DNA of 64,000 nt from Octopus vulgaris (Eukaryota), in NCBI GenBank assembly GCA_951406725.2, contig OX597835.1:29016001-29080000 (forward strand). The letters run 5' to 3'. The position numbers and the translations under genes are program-made. Of the stretch, positions 14,760 through 27,859 are shown piece by piece. The notes under the pieces are model-generated. The model had not been told where the DNA came from and searched no databases. It was given only the letters and a program-made list of their open reading frames with translations. How positions within the stretch are numbered: position 1 is the first letter of the stretch; each line of letters begins with the position of its first letter.

Positions 14760-15843
14760 CTTGAAAATGCACTGAGAATAGTTAACAAAAGTTTTACTAT
14801 ACTCAAAGATTTAATCGATTTGACAGTTCACATTTATTTTCAACAGTTGAGATATAAAGACGTGGGTTATGCCGCATCTACCATGCCTCTGGTTAGTGTT
14901 TGAAGCTTGTACTATTTTGATAGGGAGTACATAGCTCAAATTACTATATGTTTAAGATACGACTTGACTGGTAGAGGATAGTCACATGACAAAAATTTCT
15001 AAGACCTGATATGTGGCTATCCTTTACCAATCAAGTTGTATCCAAAGCATATACTATACACTCTCTATAAAAATAGGACAAGCTTCGAACACTAATCAGA
15101 AGCAAGAGAATTGCAGCATAAGCCACGTCTTTCTATCTCAACATTTGAAAATCAGTGTGGACTGTGAAACTGGTTAAATCTTCAAATATAATAAAAACTA
15201 CTCTCAGTGCATTTTCAACATCTATTTTTTCTATATTTCTTCCCGTATGGAATAAAATGACTTAGTTTTATATATATATAAATATTACATTTCGAAATAT
15301 CTCAGAGAGATATATGCAGTAGCGGTACGATAGTTGTTGTATACTGTTAACTTAATGTGACAATCCCATGAAGGGAATCACACCACTGCTATTTAGCCCT
15401 AGGAAGCAACAACGCTTCCTGTTGGCCTTGACACATTTCAACTACTCTATCGTACCACTACTGCTTATATCTCTCTGAGATATTTAGAAATGTAATATTT
15501 CTATTTGTGTAATCAGTGGATTCATTTCACTAGAATTCTTATATGTTTATAAGGCCTAGACAAGCATCTCCTGCTAGCAGGCCATGCTACTCCAGACTGA
15601 TGACGAACAAAACTCAGAAACTAGTCTCTTGATGCAGGCTTAGCTGGATGTGGGTGCTTGTCTCCCCTTTGTAAACATAAGGACACAGGAAATGTGTCAA
15701 GGCCGAGAGAAAGCATTGATGCTTCCTAGGGCTAAATAGCAGTGGTGTGATTCCCTTCATGGGACTGTCACATTAAGTTGACAATATACAACAGCTATCG
15801 TACCACTACTGCATATATCTCTCTGAGATATTTAGAAATGTAA

Positions 15844-15907
<64 letters not shown>

Positions 15908-16006
15908 TAAGTCATTTTATTTCATACGGGTAGAAATATAGAAAAAATAGATGTTGAAAATGCACTGAGAGTAGTTTTTATTATATGTAAAGATCTAACC
16001 GGTTTC
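14760..16006. repeat. nested inverted-repeat cluster of Penelope-pLTR-like segments
   Basis: 14760-14880 is inverted relative to 15110-15220; 15166-15440 is inverted relative to 15689-16006; contains hammerhead-like motifs at 15143-15179 and 15594-15629. Confidence 0.8.
15594..15629 (+). ncRNA. minimal hammerhead-like motif
   Basis: aga-CTGATGA-cga(acaaaac)tca-GAAA-c(ta)g-TC-tct; GUC site and palindromic ACTAGT. Confidence 0.6.
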
Positions 16007-16085
16007 GAAAATAAAGCAAAAGATGAGGATGGGTGTGTAAACAAGAAACACATGTATTAGTTTAACGCTCAAGAAGGAAGAGAGT

Positions 16086-16121
16086 CTTTTACGTTTCGAG
16101 CCCACGCTCTTCAACAGAAAG
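16086..16121 (-). ncRNA. minimal hammerhead-like motif with CUGUUGA core
   Basis: Minus strand: cttt-CTGTTGA-a-gagc(gtgg)gctc-GAAA-cg-TA-aaag. Confidence 0.6.
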
Positions 16122-16297
16122 GAACACAGAAATAGAGAAGGAAAAGTTTTTAAAATGGTTTAGTGGCTAGCGATCTATCATGGCGACTGCCGGACATAGG
16201 GTCAGAAAAGAGAGCTAGGAAGAGGGGTAGATAATAAAATGGTGGTAATCCCAATATACATATATATGTATATGTATATCTATATATCTATCAATCT

Positions 16298-16338
<41 letters not shown>

Positions 16339-16614
16339 TTATCTTTCATCTACTTCTTTCAGCAAATAGAGTGCAGATATGTTGCATTGAAGAAGTTTTA
16401 GTCGAATGATTCCATCACAGTAGATATATGTATTTTATTTTATTTATTCTATCGATTTCTTTAGTCGAATAACTAAATTAAAGGTGTGCTTAAACACAAC
16501 AACACGGTTGTCAAGCGGTGGTGGGAAACACTGAAAAACAACACAAACACACACACGCACACACACAAACACACAAACACACACACATACAAACACACAT
16601 ACACTCAAACCATG

Positions 16615-17126
16615 TATCGGTAGCCAGCTGGAAAAGATGTTTACCTCAGGATAAAAAGTAGTAACATCATCCTACGTAGGACTGCCACACTGTTTTGGCA
16701 AATAAACTTCACTGTACGGTACTGTTAATACATATATCTCTGCAGCATGTCACACGTGCAGGAGAACCCATTCATGGCTGTCATACAATTTCTGCGACCA
16801 TACCACCTCTAAAATCTGGCCACTTAACTCCCAAGGTTGCAACCACCTTCATTGAGCAAGATGCAAACAAAACTCCTAGTAACATCAAAGATGAACTGAA
16901 GGCAAAGATTACAGCAGCATTCAGCAAATTAAACAAGGAGACTGTCCAGAAAAGTTGCAGGGGATTCTGAAGTCGTCTGGAGGCTGTGGTTGAAGCCAAT
17001 GGCGATTTTATTGAATAAATTTACTCTTTAGTATTTCAAGATATTGTAATGTATTTTTGGCAAATATATTTGTTAAAATGAGATGTCAGTGCTATTTTCG
17101 TTTTTGTGTTTATTCACAACACCCTG
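16615..17126 (+). mobile_element. maT/DD37D-like mariner 3' fragment with terminus
   Basis: ANKTPSNIKDELKAKITAAFSKLNKETVQKSCRGF*SRLEAVVEANGDFIE*; ends caccctg|ta. Confidence 0.7.
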
Positions 17127-18142
17127 TATATACACACATACACACACACACACACACACAATATATATATATATATACATATGTATATATGTATATATAT
17201 ATATATACATATATATATATACATATATATATATATGTATATATATATATACATATATATATATGTGTATATATATATATATATATATAATATATAAATA
17301 ATATATATATGCATATATACATACATATATGTACATACCTACATATATATGTATATATACATGCATATATGGGTACAGGACATCAAAAAAAATTAGACAC
17401 AATGAGAAACGAAAATATAAAAACAAAAACATAGAAAACTTTTTTCGAACAACGCAAAAAAGAAAAACAGAGAACAAAGACATGCAACATAAAGAACATT
17501 CTTTTCTTCAGTTACTCTTGTTTCATCTACTCCACATTTCGAAGGTAAGGTCAATACGCGTCTTCGTTGAAACAGTCCTTCCCGCAAAGCAAATTAAATA
17601 AAATTCGGGATTTTTTGCGGAAGGCGTAAGTGGTAACAAGAAGAGTACAGTGAGAACAAGACAGTAAAAAACGGTGAGTGCTGTTAAGCCAAAGCGATGT
17701 GAAAACTTATGAAACACCGCGCTTCTTTCAGTTTCCGTCTACCAAATTTACTCACAAGGCTTTGGTTCGTCATGAGCTTTATGTGAAGACACTTGTCCAA
17801 GATGCAGCGTAGTGGTACTGAACTTGAAATCATGTTGTTGATAAGCAAGCTTCTTAGTGTGTGTAGCCTGTGTGTGTAGTATGTATGTGTAGTATGTGTG
17901 TGTGTGTGAAGTTTTAAAAAAATGACGTGAAATAGTTATGAAATACGAAAAGTATTTTCTTCTGCCAAAAAATATAAATTATGTTACAGGAAAATTCTTT
18001 AAAGTAGAAACAGGTTCACAAAGATCTGATGAAAGGAAACCGTATCAACAGTTTTGATTGAAGATCCGTGTTGTACCTGCTTTTTCGTTTCATATAATTA
18101 ATACTTTGTAATTCAGGATATTCTTATGAAATACATACATAC

Positions 18143-18218
<76 letters not shown>

Positions 18219-18222
18219 GTCC

Positions 18223-18271
<49 letters not shown>

Positions 18272-18295
18272 AAACAAACAAATATGTATATGCGG

Positions 18296-18747
18296 AAGGC
18301 GGCGAGCTGCCAGAAACGTTAGCAAGCTGGACGAAATGCGTAGCCCATACTTCGTCTGCCGTTACGTTCTGAGTCCAAATTCCGCCGAGGTCGACTTTAC
18401 CTTTCATCCTTTCGGGGTCGATAAATTAATTACCCGTTATGCACTGGGGTCAATGTAATCGATTTAATCTGTTTGTCTGTCCTTGATTGTCCCCTCTGTG
18501 TTTAGCCCCTTGTGGGTAGTAAAAAAAATAGGTATTTCGTCTGCCGCTACGTTCTGAGTTCAAATTCCGCCAAGGTCGACTTTACCTTTCATCCTTTCGG
18601 GGTCGATTAAATAAGTACCAGTTACGCACTGGGATCGATATAATCGACTTAATCCGTTTGTCTGTCCTTGTTTGTCCTCTCTGTGTTTAGCCCCTTGTGG
18701 GTAGTAAAGAAATAGGTATTTCGTTTGCCGTTACGTTCTGAGTTCAG
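18296..18747 (+). mobile_element. SINE family A head-to-tail multimer (about 2.2 units)
   Basis: One full head, then two re-starts at tatttcgtc/ttgccg directly after ...gtagtaaa(g/a)aaatagg. Confidence 0.88.
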
Positions 18748-19483
18748 GGCGCCAAAGTTTTGTGAGTGGATTTGGTAGGCAGAAACTGTAAGAAGCCCGT
18801 TGTATATGAATATATATCTATATATATATATACATTTGTGTGTGTGAGCGTATGTGTGTGTGTATGTGTATCTTTCTGGTTGCTTTTGTCCCCGCCATCG
18901 CTTGAAAATTGATGTTTGGTTGTTTACGTAAAAAGCAGGTTAAACTTAGCGGTTCTCCATAAGTGTCCGATAGAATACGTACCAATGCTTAACTAAATAT
19001 GTACTGTTGTAGATTTGTCCAAAGAACCTTCCAAAGCGGTGCCACAGCATGGCCACAATCTAATGGGTGAAACAATTATAAGAAACCATGATGAAACGAT
19101 ATACGCGTTTGATCATTGTCCTACTTGTTTAAGGACTGACCTAGGGCTAAACGAAACGACAACGGCAATAACTGCAACAACAAATTATACGTACAGTCGG
19201 AATAACAAGGGTGGACAAGTTATATAAATGTAGTTCTCACATATACAAGAACTAAGACAAGCATAACATCATCAACAACAACAACAACAACAACAACAGA
19301 AGAAAACCCCACCGATCCAACCTCCACCATCACCACAAACATAATAATAATAAACACAACAACGACATACTAATTAATTAGATCACTAGCTAACGAACTA
19401 ACTAACTTCGGTATAAATAAACCGAAAGGTCTTTCAGTGCTTGATATATATGTGCATATAAGACGTATGTGTATATATATACG

Positions 19484-19517
<34 letters not shown>

Positions 19518-19560
19518 TGTATGTATGTATGTATGTATGTATGTATGTATGTATGTATGA

Positions 19561-19591
<31 letters not shown>

Positions 19592-19647
19592 AATGTATGT
19601 ATGTATATATATGTATGTATATGTATATGTTTATGTATGTATGCCGG

Positions 19648-19679
<32 letters not shown>

Positions 19680-19786
19680 CGTATACATAATTTGTGAGTG
19701 TGTCCTTTTATGTATGTTTGTATACTCACTATAAAGCACTGGATGGATGGATGGAGAGATATATGTATATGAACTTACGTTTATGT

Positions 19787-19834
<48 letters not shown>

Positions 19835-19884
19835 GTATATACATATATATACATATATATATATATATGCATATATATATACAC

Positions 19885-19996
<112 letters not shown>

Positions 19997-20240
19997 TCAC
20001 GCACACGCGGGCGCGGATGCACACGCACACACAGGCACAGACACACATGCACGCACACACGCACGCACACACGGACACACACACTCTCCCTTATACACAC
20101 ACACATGCACACACATACTCATACACTCACACAAACATTAATATATATGAGAAAACGAAAACAAACATGAAACTTATTACATTTCCTCGCACGCTTCCAC
20201 TGGTATCTACTTCATTTGATGTAAAATTAACCACAAAATA

Positions 20241-20293
<53 letters not shown>

Positions 20294-20304
20294 GGTGACA
20301 ATGG

Positions 20305-20335
<31 letters not shown>

Positions 20336-20842
20336 GGTGGTGGTGGTGATGGTGATGATGATGATGATGATGATGACGATGATGATGGTGATGATGACGA
20401 TGACGACGACGACGATGATGATGATGATGGTGATGATGATGTTGATGATAATGAATGTGAATGCGGTGGTGGCGGTGGGGATGATGTAATTATAAAGTTG
20501 ATTCGGAGGGGGGTGAAGGAAGATGCTGATAAAAGATACTGCGATGATGAGACTGCGGCTTCTGATGATGTTAACGACGACGATGAGAACGATGATGATT
20601 ATGATGATGTTGATAATGATCATCATTATCATCATGAGGATGTTGCAGCTGTTGTTGTTGTTGTAGACGACGATGATGACGATGATGACAACCACGACGA
20701 CGACAACGACGACGACGATGATGATGATCATGATGTTGATTATGATGATTATGATCTTGAAGATAATAGCAACAACCAGGGCGACATCTAAAAGTAAAAT
20801 AAATTCTCATAGGAAAAATTATAACAGTAGCAACAACAATTA

Positions 20843-20958
<116 letters not shown>

Positions 20959-21123
20959 GTGTGAGAGAGCAGTTCATGTCATCAAAGTGACACTGGGGTA
21001 AAATATACGAAGCCCAAAATACCCATCATGACTACCCGTCTGATAAAGGCACACCAGGCACATGCATCACAACCATATGTGCGCGACATGGTGATCTCAT
21101 ATCAAAGTAAACAGCGCATGACC

Positions 21124-21184
<61 letters not shown>

Positions 21185-21349
21185 GAGTGAGAGAGCAGTT
21201 CATGCCATCAAAGTGACACTGGGGTAAAATATACGAAGCCCAATATACCCATCATGACTACCCGTCTGATAAGGGTACACCAGGCACATGCATCACAACC
21301 ATATGTGCGCGACATGGTGATCTCATATCAAGATAAACAGCGCATGACC

Positions 21350-21422
<73 letters not shown>

Positions 21423-21587
21423 GAGTGAGAGAGCAGTTCATGCCATCAAAGTGACACTGGGGTAAAATATACGAAGCCCAATATACCCATCATGACTACC
21501 CGTCTGATAAGGGTACACCAGGCACATGCATCACAACCATATGTGCGCGACATGGTGATCTCATATCAAGATAAACAGCGCATGACC

Positions 21588-21657
<70 letters not shown>

Positions 21658-22190
21658 GAGTGAGAGAGCAGTTCATGCCATCAAAGTGACACTGGGGTAA
21701 AATATACGAAGCCCAATATACCCATCATGACTACCCGTCTGATAAAGGCACACCAGGCACATGCATCACAACCATATGTGCGCAACATGGTGATCTCATA
21801 TCAAGATAAACAGCGCATGACCTTGCGGGTGGGGCCCAGTTAGAAATTTTCTTCAGGTTGAGTAGCCCATCCCGCTCAAAAGGTCCCTGAATAAGGGTTG
21901 TTTAACGATGTTGAAAGAAACCACCCATGTTTCCAAAGGTGAATTATTCAAACCCCAAAGAATCCCTCTCAACACATGGCTATGATGCTCCCCCACTACT
22001 TCTGCTCGTGATCAGAGATGCACATATCGTCAGCCACTAAGGGACATGCTCAACTGGTTAAGGTCAAACAACTGACAAGCAAATCTGTGGTATTGAGCAG
22101 AATATTTGCTGTAGCCCATCTTTTATACCAAGACAAAACAATGTACATGATAACACTTCCAATCAGTTAAGATCAGAAGCCATAAGAGCC
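20959..22190 (-). mobile_element. (TAA)n-embedded retroposon 3' region (about 530 bp) plus three tandem 166-bp terminal duplicates
   Basis: Units 20959-21124, 21185-21350 and 21423-21588 are separated by (ATT)n; long copy at 21658-22190; same sequence on the + strand at 24081-24606 and 24640-25097, ending ctctctcactc(aat)n. Confidence 0.85.
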
Positions 22191-22237
22191 AATTATTATT
22201 ATTATTATTATTATTGTTGTTGTTATTATTATTATTA

Positions 22238-22848
22238 TAACTGGCACACTTTGTGGCAGAATGCCCCAAGTTGGCACAGGAAGAATATAAGAAATGGAAG
22301 CATGACCAGGTTGTAAATGTTATACAGTGGAAAATGTGCCAGAAATGGGAATTTGAAGCTAGAAACACCTGATACAATCCTCGAGTCGAAAGAGTACTGG
22401 AATCGGAGAAACGGTAAATTAGAAAACAACGGACCAGATAGAAAACAACGGACCAGATATAACGATTGTAGATAGGGAAAAGCGAAGCTGCTTACTTATC
22501 GATCCATCATGCTTATTTTGATTCCAGGATCGTAAAGAAAGAAGAAGAAAAAAACAGTCCTTTTAAGATTGAAATAGGAAGATTTCGGAGTGTGCGGACA
22601 GTAAATGTCGTGCCTATAGTAATTAGTGCACTGAGAATATAGACAAATAGCCGAAGGAGATTGAAATAAAATGCATTGGTAGAGCTCCTACGGAAAGTTT
22701 ATATCTTAGGGACAGCAAGGATTATCAAGAGGGTCTTAAGCACTTGAAAGCCTGCCGAAAGCTTGTAGATACCTAAGGTTACAGGTAGGAACCCGCTATG
22801 CATATGATTCCTACTAGGAATAAGACCCAACCTGAGCTAGAAGAGGAG

Positions 22849-22850
<2 letters not shown>
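22238..22850 (+). mobile_element. R4/Dong-type RLE LINE 3' fragment
   Basis: CPKLAQEEYKKWKHDQVVNVIQWKMCQKW...RPDITIVDREKRSCLLID...VPIVISAL...LGTARIIKRVL; followed by (TAA)n. Confidence 0.8.
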
Positions 22851-22931
<81 letters not shown>

Positions 22932-22932
<1 letters not shown>

Positions 22933-23343
22933 GGCGCAGGAATGGCTGTGTGGTAAGTAGCTTGCTAACCAACCACATGGTTCCGGGTTCAGTCCCACTG
23001 CGTGGCATCTTGCGCAAGTGTCTTCTGCTATAGCCCCGGGCCGACCAATGCCTTGTGAGTGGATTTGGTAGATGGAAACTGAAAGAAGCCTGTCGTATAT
23101 ATGTATATATATATATGTGTGTGTATGTATGTGTGTGTGTTTGTGTTCGTCCCCCTAGCATTGCTTGACAACCGATGCTGGTGTGTTTACGTCCCATTCA
23201 CTTAGCGGTTCGGCAAAAGAGACCGATAGAATAAGTACTGGGCTTACAAAAAAGAATAAGTCCCGGGGTCGATTTGCTCGACTAAATGCGGTGCTCTAGC
23301 ATGGCCGCAGTCAAATGACTGAAACAAGTAAAAGAGTAAAAGA

Positions 23344-23346
<3 letters not shown>
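22932..23346 (+). mobile_element. tRNA-derived SINE, family B, full length
   Basis: ggcgcaggaatggctgtgtggtaag...gggttcagtccc...gactgaaacaag(taaaagag)n; within (TAA)n. Confidence 0.92.
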
Positions 23347-23414
<68 letters not shown>

Positions 23415-23415
<1 letters not shown>

Positions 23416-23986
23416 GCTGCCCAGTCCTGGCTAAGAAGGAATATATTCACAGACATGACAGAGTTGGAACCTACATACATTGGAATCTATGCCAACATTA
23501 TGGAATAACAACAGAAAAAAGATGGTATAGGCACACACCAGAAAAGGTCACAGAAAACGAGAAAGCAACCATACTCTGGGATATTCCGATACACACAGAT
23601 AGAGAAATTAAGGCCAACAGACCAGATATAGTTGTCAGAGATCATGAAGAAAAAAAAAGGCAGATGATAATGTGTCTCTAAAAGAAATGGAGAAACTCTC
23701 AAAATACAAAGACCTGGAAATAGAGGTAACTAGAATGTGGAACCTGAAAACAGAAACAATTCCTATCATAGTAGGTGCATTAGGCATGATAAAAAAATAT
23801 TCAGACAAATACATAACAAAAACACCAGGATTTACAAACACATATAACATACAGAAAATTGCACTACTAGGCACTGCACACCTACGCAGAACACTTTCCA
23901 TACAATAACCATCAGAGCATCACAACAAATCACAGCACATACCCAAGGCACACAGAGCTGCGCTCGGTAGTGAAGTGAAAGCACGC

Positions 23987-23988
<2 letters not shown>
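23415..23988 (+). mobile_element. R4/Dong-type RLE LINE 3' end with 3'UTR
   Basis: SCPVLAKKEYIHRHDRVGTYIHW...ILWDIPIHTDREIKANRPDIVV...KYKDLEIEVTRMWNLKTETIPIIVGALG...QKIALLGTAHLRRTLS; (TAA)n on both sides. Confidence 0.9.
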
Positions 23989-24074
<86 letters not shown>

Positions 24075-25096
24075 GGCAGAGGCTCTCATGGCTTCTCATC
24101 TTAACTGATTGGAAGTGTTATCATGTACATTGTTCTGTCTTGGTATAAAAGATGGGCTACAGCAAATATTCTGCTCAATACCACAGATTTGCTTGTCAGT
24201 TGTTTGACCTTAACCAGTTGAGCATGTCCCTTAGTGACTGACGATATGTGCATCTCTGATCACGAGCAGAAGTAGTGGGGGAGCATCATAGCCATGTGTT
24301 GAGAGGGATTCTTTGGGGTTTGAATAATTCACCTCTGGAGACATGGGTGGTTTTTTCCTTAAACAACCCTTATTCAGGGACCGTTTGAGCGGGATGGGCT
24401 ACTCAACCTGAAGAAAATTCTAACTGGGCCCCACCTGCAAAGTCATGTGCAGTTTATCTTGATATGAGATCACCATGCCGCGCACATATGGTTGTGATGC
24501 ATGTGCCTGGTGTGCCCTTATCAGACGGGTAGTCATGATGGGTATATTGGGCTTCGTATATTTTACCCCAGTGTCACTTTGATGGCATGCTCTGCTCGCT
24601 CACTCAATAATAATAATAATTATAATAATAATAATAATAAAAGATGGGCTACAGCAAATATTCTGCTCAATACCACAGATTTGCTTGTCAGACCATAACC
24701 AGTTGAGCATGTCCCTTAGTGGCTGACGATAGGTGCATCTCTGATCACGAGCAGAAGTAGTGGGGAGCATCATAGCCATGTGTTGAAAGGGATTCTTTGG
24801 GGTTTGAATGATTCACCTCTGGAAACATGGGTGTTTCATTCAACATCCTTAAACAACCCTTAATCAGGGACCTTTTGAGTGGGATGGGCTACCCAACCAG
24901 AAGAAAATTCTAACTGGGCCCCACCCGCAAGGTCATGCGCTATTTATCTTGATATGAGATCACCATGTCGCGCACATATGGTTGTGATGCATGTGCCTGG
25001 TGTACCCTTATCAGACGGGTAGTCATGATGGGTATACTGGGCTTCGTATATTTGTACCCCAGTGTCACTTTGATGGCATGCACTGCTCTCTCACTC

Positions 25097-25097
<1 letters not shown>
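24075..25097 (+). mobile_element. two copies of the (TAA)n-embedded retroposon 3' region
   Basis: Reverse complement of 21658-22190; each copy ends in (AAT)n. Confidence 0.85.
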
Positions 25098-25174
<77 letters not shown>

Positions 25175-25570
25175 TAGTAGCGGAACCCGTGAATATTTTA
25201 CGAAATTAATGTTGGGTTATTTCTGAAAACTTTATCCCCCAAACCCGAAAGCATTGCATGTGTTGTATCTGTATCGAAAGATCGATATTCACTGATCTAC
25301 TACTCATTGAAAAGTGAAAGAAATCGGAATACGATGACTACCTAATGCACTTGTCATGCACAATGTTACAGACTTCTTACAAAACATTCATAAAATAAAT
25401 ATTCACTCTTATTTTTCTATTTTCTCCATAAACAAACAAAAAATGTATCTCGTGCATATGATACAACCTTTAGTTAAATTGCATACATCTTCCACGTAAA
25501 GAAGCGTGAATATTTCACGGAATTGCACTAAGGCGCATGCGTTAGGTGAAAGGTCATATAAAAAAAGCTA

Positions 25571-26827
25571 CGAGGGACGTTCAATAAGTAATGCCTCTGA
25601 CCCACTTGCAGTTGTTTGATCTAGCTGAATTGCATGTGCAATTATTCATATCTCTATAGATTAAGTGACAAATTACAGCTCTGAGCTAATTGTGGTTTCT
25701 GATTTACAGGTGTTTGAACTGAGTCAAGTGTGAAATGGAGCCTGTTGAGTGTCGAGCAGTGATCCGGTTTTTGTATTTGAAAGGACGCACACCACCGGAG
25801 ACTTTTGATGAAATGAAAGTAACTTATGGTGATGATGCCCCATCATATGACCTTGTAAAACACTGGCATCGGGAATTCAAACATGGTCGGAACTCCCAGA
25901 TCTGGTCACCCCCTTCTGCCATTGATGAGGCATCTGTCCGTCAAGTTGAGGCTGCCATTTTGGAAGATCGATGCATAACTATTCGCCAAATAGCCCATGA
26001 GGTCAAGATTAGTACCGGGTCTGTGGAAACTATCATTCATGACCATTTGCATATGCAAAAGGTGTCTGCCAGATGGATTCCCAGGTTGCTCACACCTTTC
26101 CAGAAGCAAGAACGCGTCGAGTGCTCGAGGATGAATTTGGAGATGTGCCAAGAAGATGAGTCAAAATTTTTCAAAAGACTGATTACACAGGATGAAACCT
26201 GGGTCCATCACAATGATTCAGAGACCAAAGCCCAGTCAGACTCACCTCCTCCAAAGAAGGCAAGGGTGCAGCCCTCCGCTGGCAAGGTCATGCTCACAGT
26301 CTTCTGGGACCAGGACGGAGTAGTGATGACAGATTTCCTGTCAAAGGGTACCACAATTGCAGGAGCCTATTATGCTTCACTTTTGAGGAAATTAAGAGAA
26401 GCTATCAAAATCAAGAGGTGGGGCAAGATCAGCAAAGGCATCCTCCTCCTGCAGGACAACGCTCCGGTCCACAACTCGCGTGTCGCCAGATCAGAAGCAC
26501 AGGCGTGCTGCTATGAACTCCTCCCCCATCCCCCCTACGCTCCTGACCTTGCACCCTCTGATTTTCACCTCTTCCCAGCCATGAAGTTGTTTTTGAAAGG
26601 AAAGCGTTTCACAGATGATGCAGCCTTGATTTCTGAAGTCACGTCGTGGTTGGAGGACCAAGCTGGGGTCTTCTACGAAAACGGTCTCCAGCGCTGCATC
26701 AAACGATGGTAGAAATGCGTAACTCTTGATGGTTCCTACGTAGAAAAAGACTAATAGCTGTGGCAAGTTTCGTTACTCTACTGCTATGGGAAGTGGGTCA
26801 GGGGCATTACTTATTGAACGCCCCTCG
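25571..26827 (+). mobile_element. mariner DNA transposon (probably irritans-type), near full length
   Basis: 37-bp TIRs cgagg(g/a)cgttcaataagtaatgcc(t/c)ctgacccactt with 2 mismatches; TA target duplication at 25569-70 and 26828-29. Confidence 0.95.
25735..26754 (+). pseudogene. mariner DD34D transposase with premature stop
   Basis: ARWIPRLL, ITQDETWVHH, LLQDNAPVH, HPPYAPDLAPSDFHLF (34 residues between the 2nd and 3rd D); TAG at 26710 interrupts RW*KCVTLDGSYVEKD, natural stop at 26754; apparent short in-frame deletions. Confidence 0.92.
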
Positions 26828-27699
26828 TAGATTCAATTTTTTTTTAAAAATACACTTTTCACTATTCACTCACCGCCACTTCCACCGCCACCACCTCCAT
26901 CTCCACCATCACCACCGTCATTATCTCCCTCCCTCTCCCTCTCCCCTTCTTTTTGTTTTCTCTCTCTCTAGCCCTCCACTCTCTCTCCTCTCTCTCCCCT
27001 CTCCCTCCCTGCCTCTTAACCTCACCATCAGGACATCTCCCCTCTGCTAAGATCATATTTTTAATTATCCTCCTCTTCCTTCAACTAACTTTTTTATCCA
27101 CGTAATATTACGTTCCCACTACCTCACGTCATGGACGCTTGTCTTTCCTTCTTTCTTTCTCTTTCTTTCTCCCTCTTTCTCTCTCACTCTCCACCATATC
27201 CTCTTTTCCTTTCCTTTCTCTTCTATTACCTTACAACTAATCACGTGAATGCGTTACAATTATATACGCTTCTTGCTCCTTTTCCTACCTCCCCCCTCTT
27301 TATTTTTTCTCTCTCTTTTTTCTTTCTCCCTCTTTTTCTCTAATCAAATGAAACCTTTACCGACGGGCTAAGTAACACTATGACAAGCAAAATTATTATA
27401 AGATGTCACTGGCACTTGAACTACGAACGTAAAGACGGACGAAGAGCTGCAAAGCATTTTGCCCCAGCAGGCTAACTATTCTACCAGCTATCCGCTTTGG
27501 TAGTACTTTCAAATTTTGGTACAAAGCCAGCAAATTCGGCCCCAGGTTTAAACTAGTGCTTATTTTATCGACTCGGATAGTGCGAAAGGCAAAGTCGAAC
27601 TTCGTACAATTTGAGCTTTGAAGAAAACGGCTGATGATTTTGCCAGCGCGCCAATCTGATAATGATAATAATAACGAGAACATAATGATGATGATAATG

Positions 27700-27776
<77 letters not shown>

Positions 27777-27859
27777 ACTCTATAATCAAATGTTAACATA
27801 TCTAATACTTATGTAAGTTTGTTTTTAATGTACCTAACGTTTACCTGAATTATTATTAA

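Larger units (their letters stand above)
25176..27400 (+). mobile_element. non-autonomous Helitron/Helentron-like (HINE-type) element interrupted by the mariner
   Basis: Starts agtagc..cccgtgaatatttt and ends gacgggctaagtaac; homologous in the same order to 30361-31362; internal (CT)n. Confidence 0.55.

Noticed and set aside
18024-18048. CTGATGA-aag-GAAA-ccgta hammerhead-like string
   Set aside because: No helix II and helix I is out of register
20959-21830. CRISPR-like repeat-spacer appearance
   Set aside because: Repeats are 166 bp, spacers are (ATT)n, the context is eukaryotic and there are no cas genes
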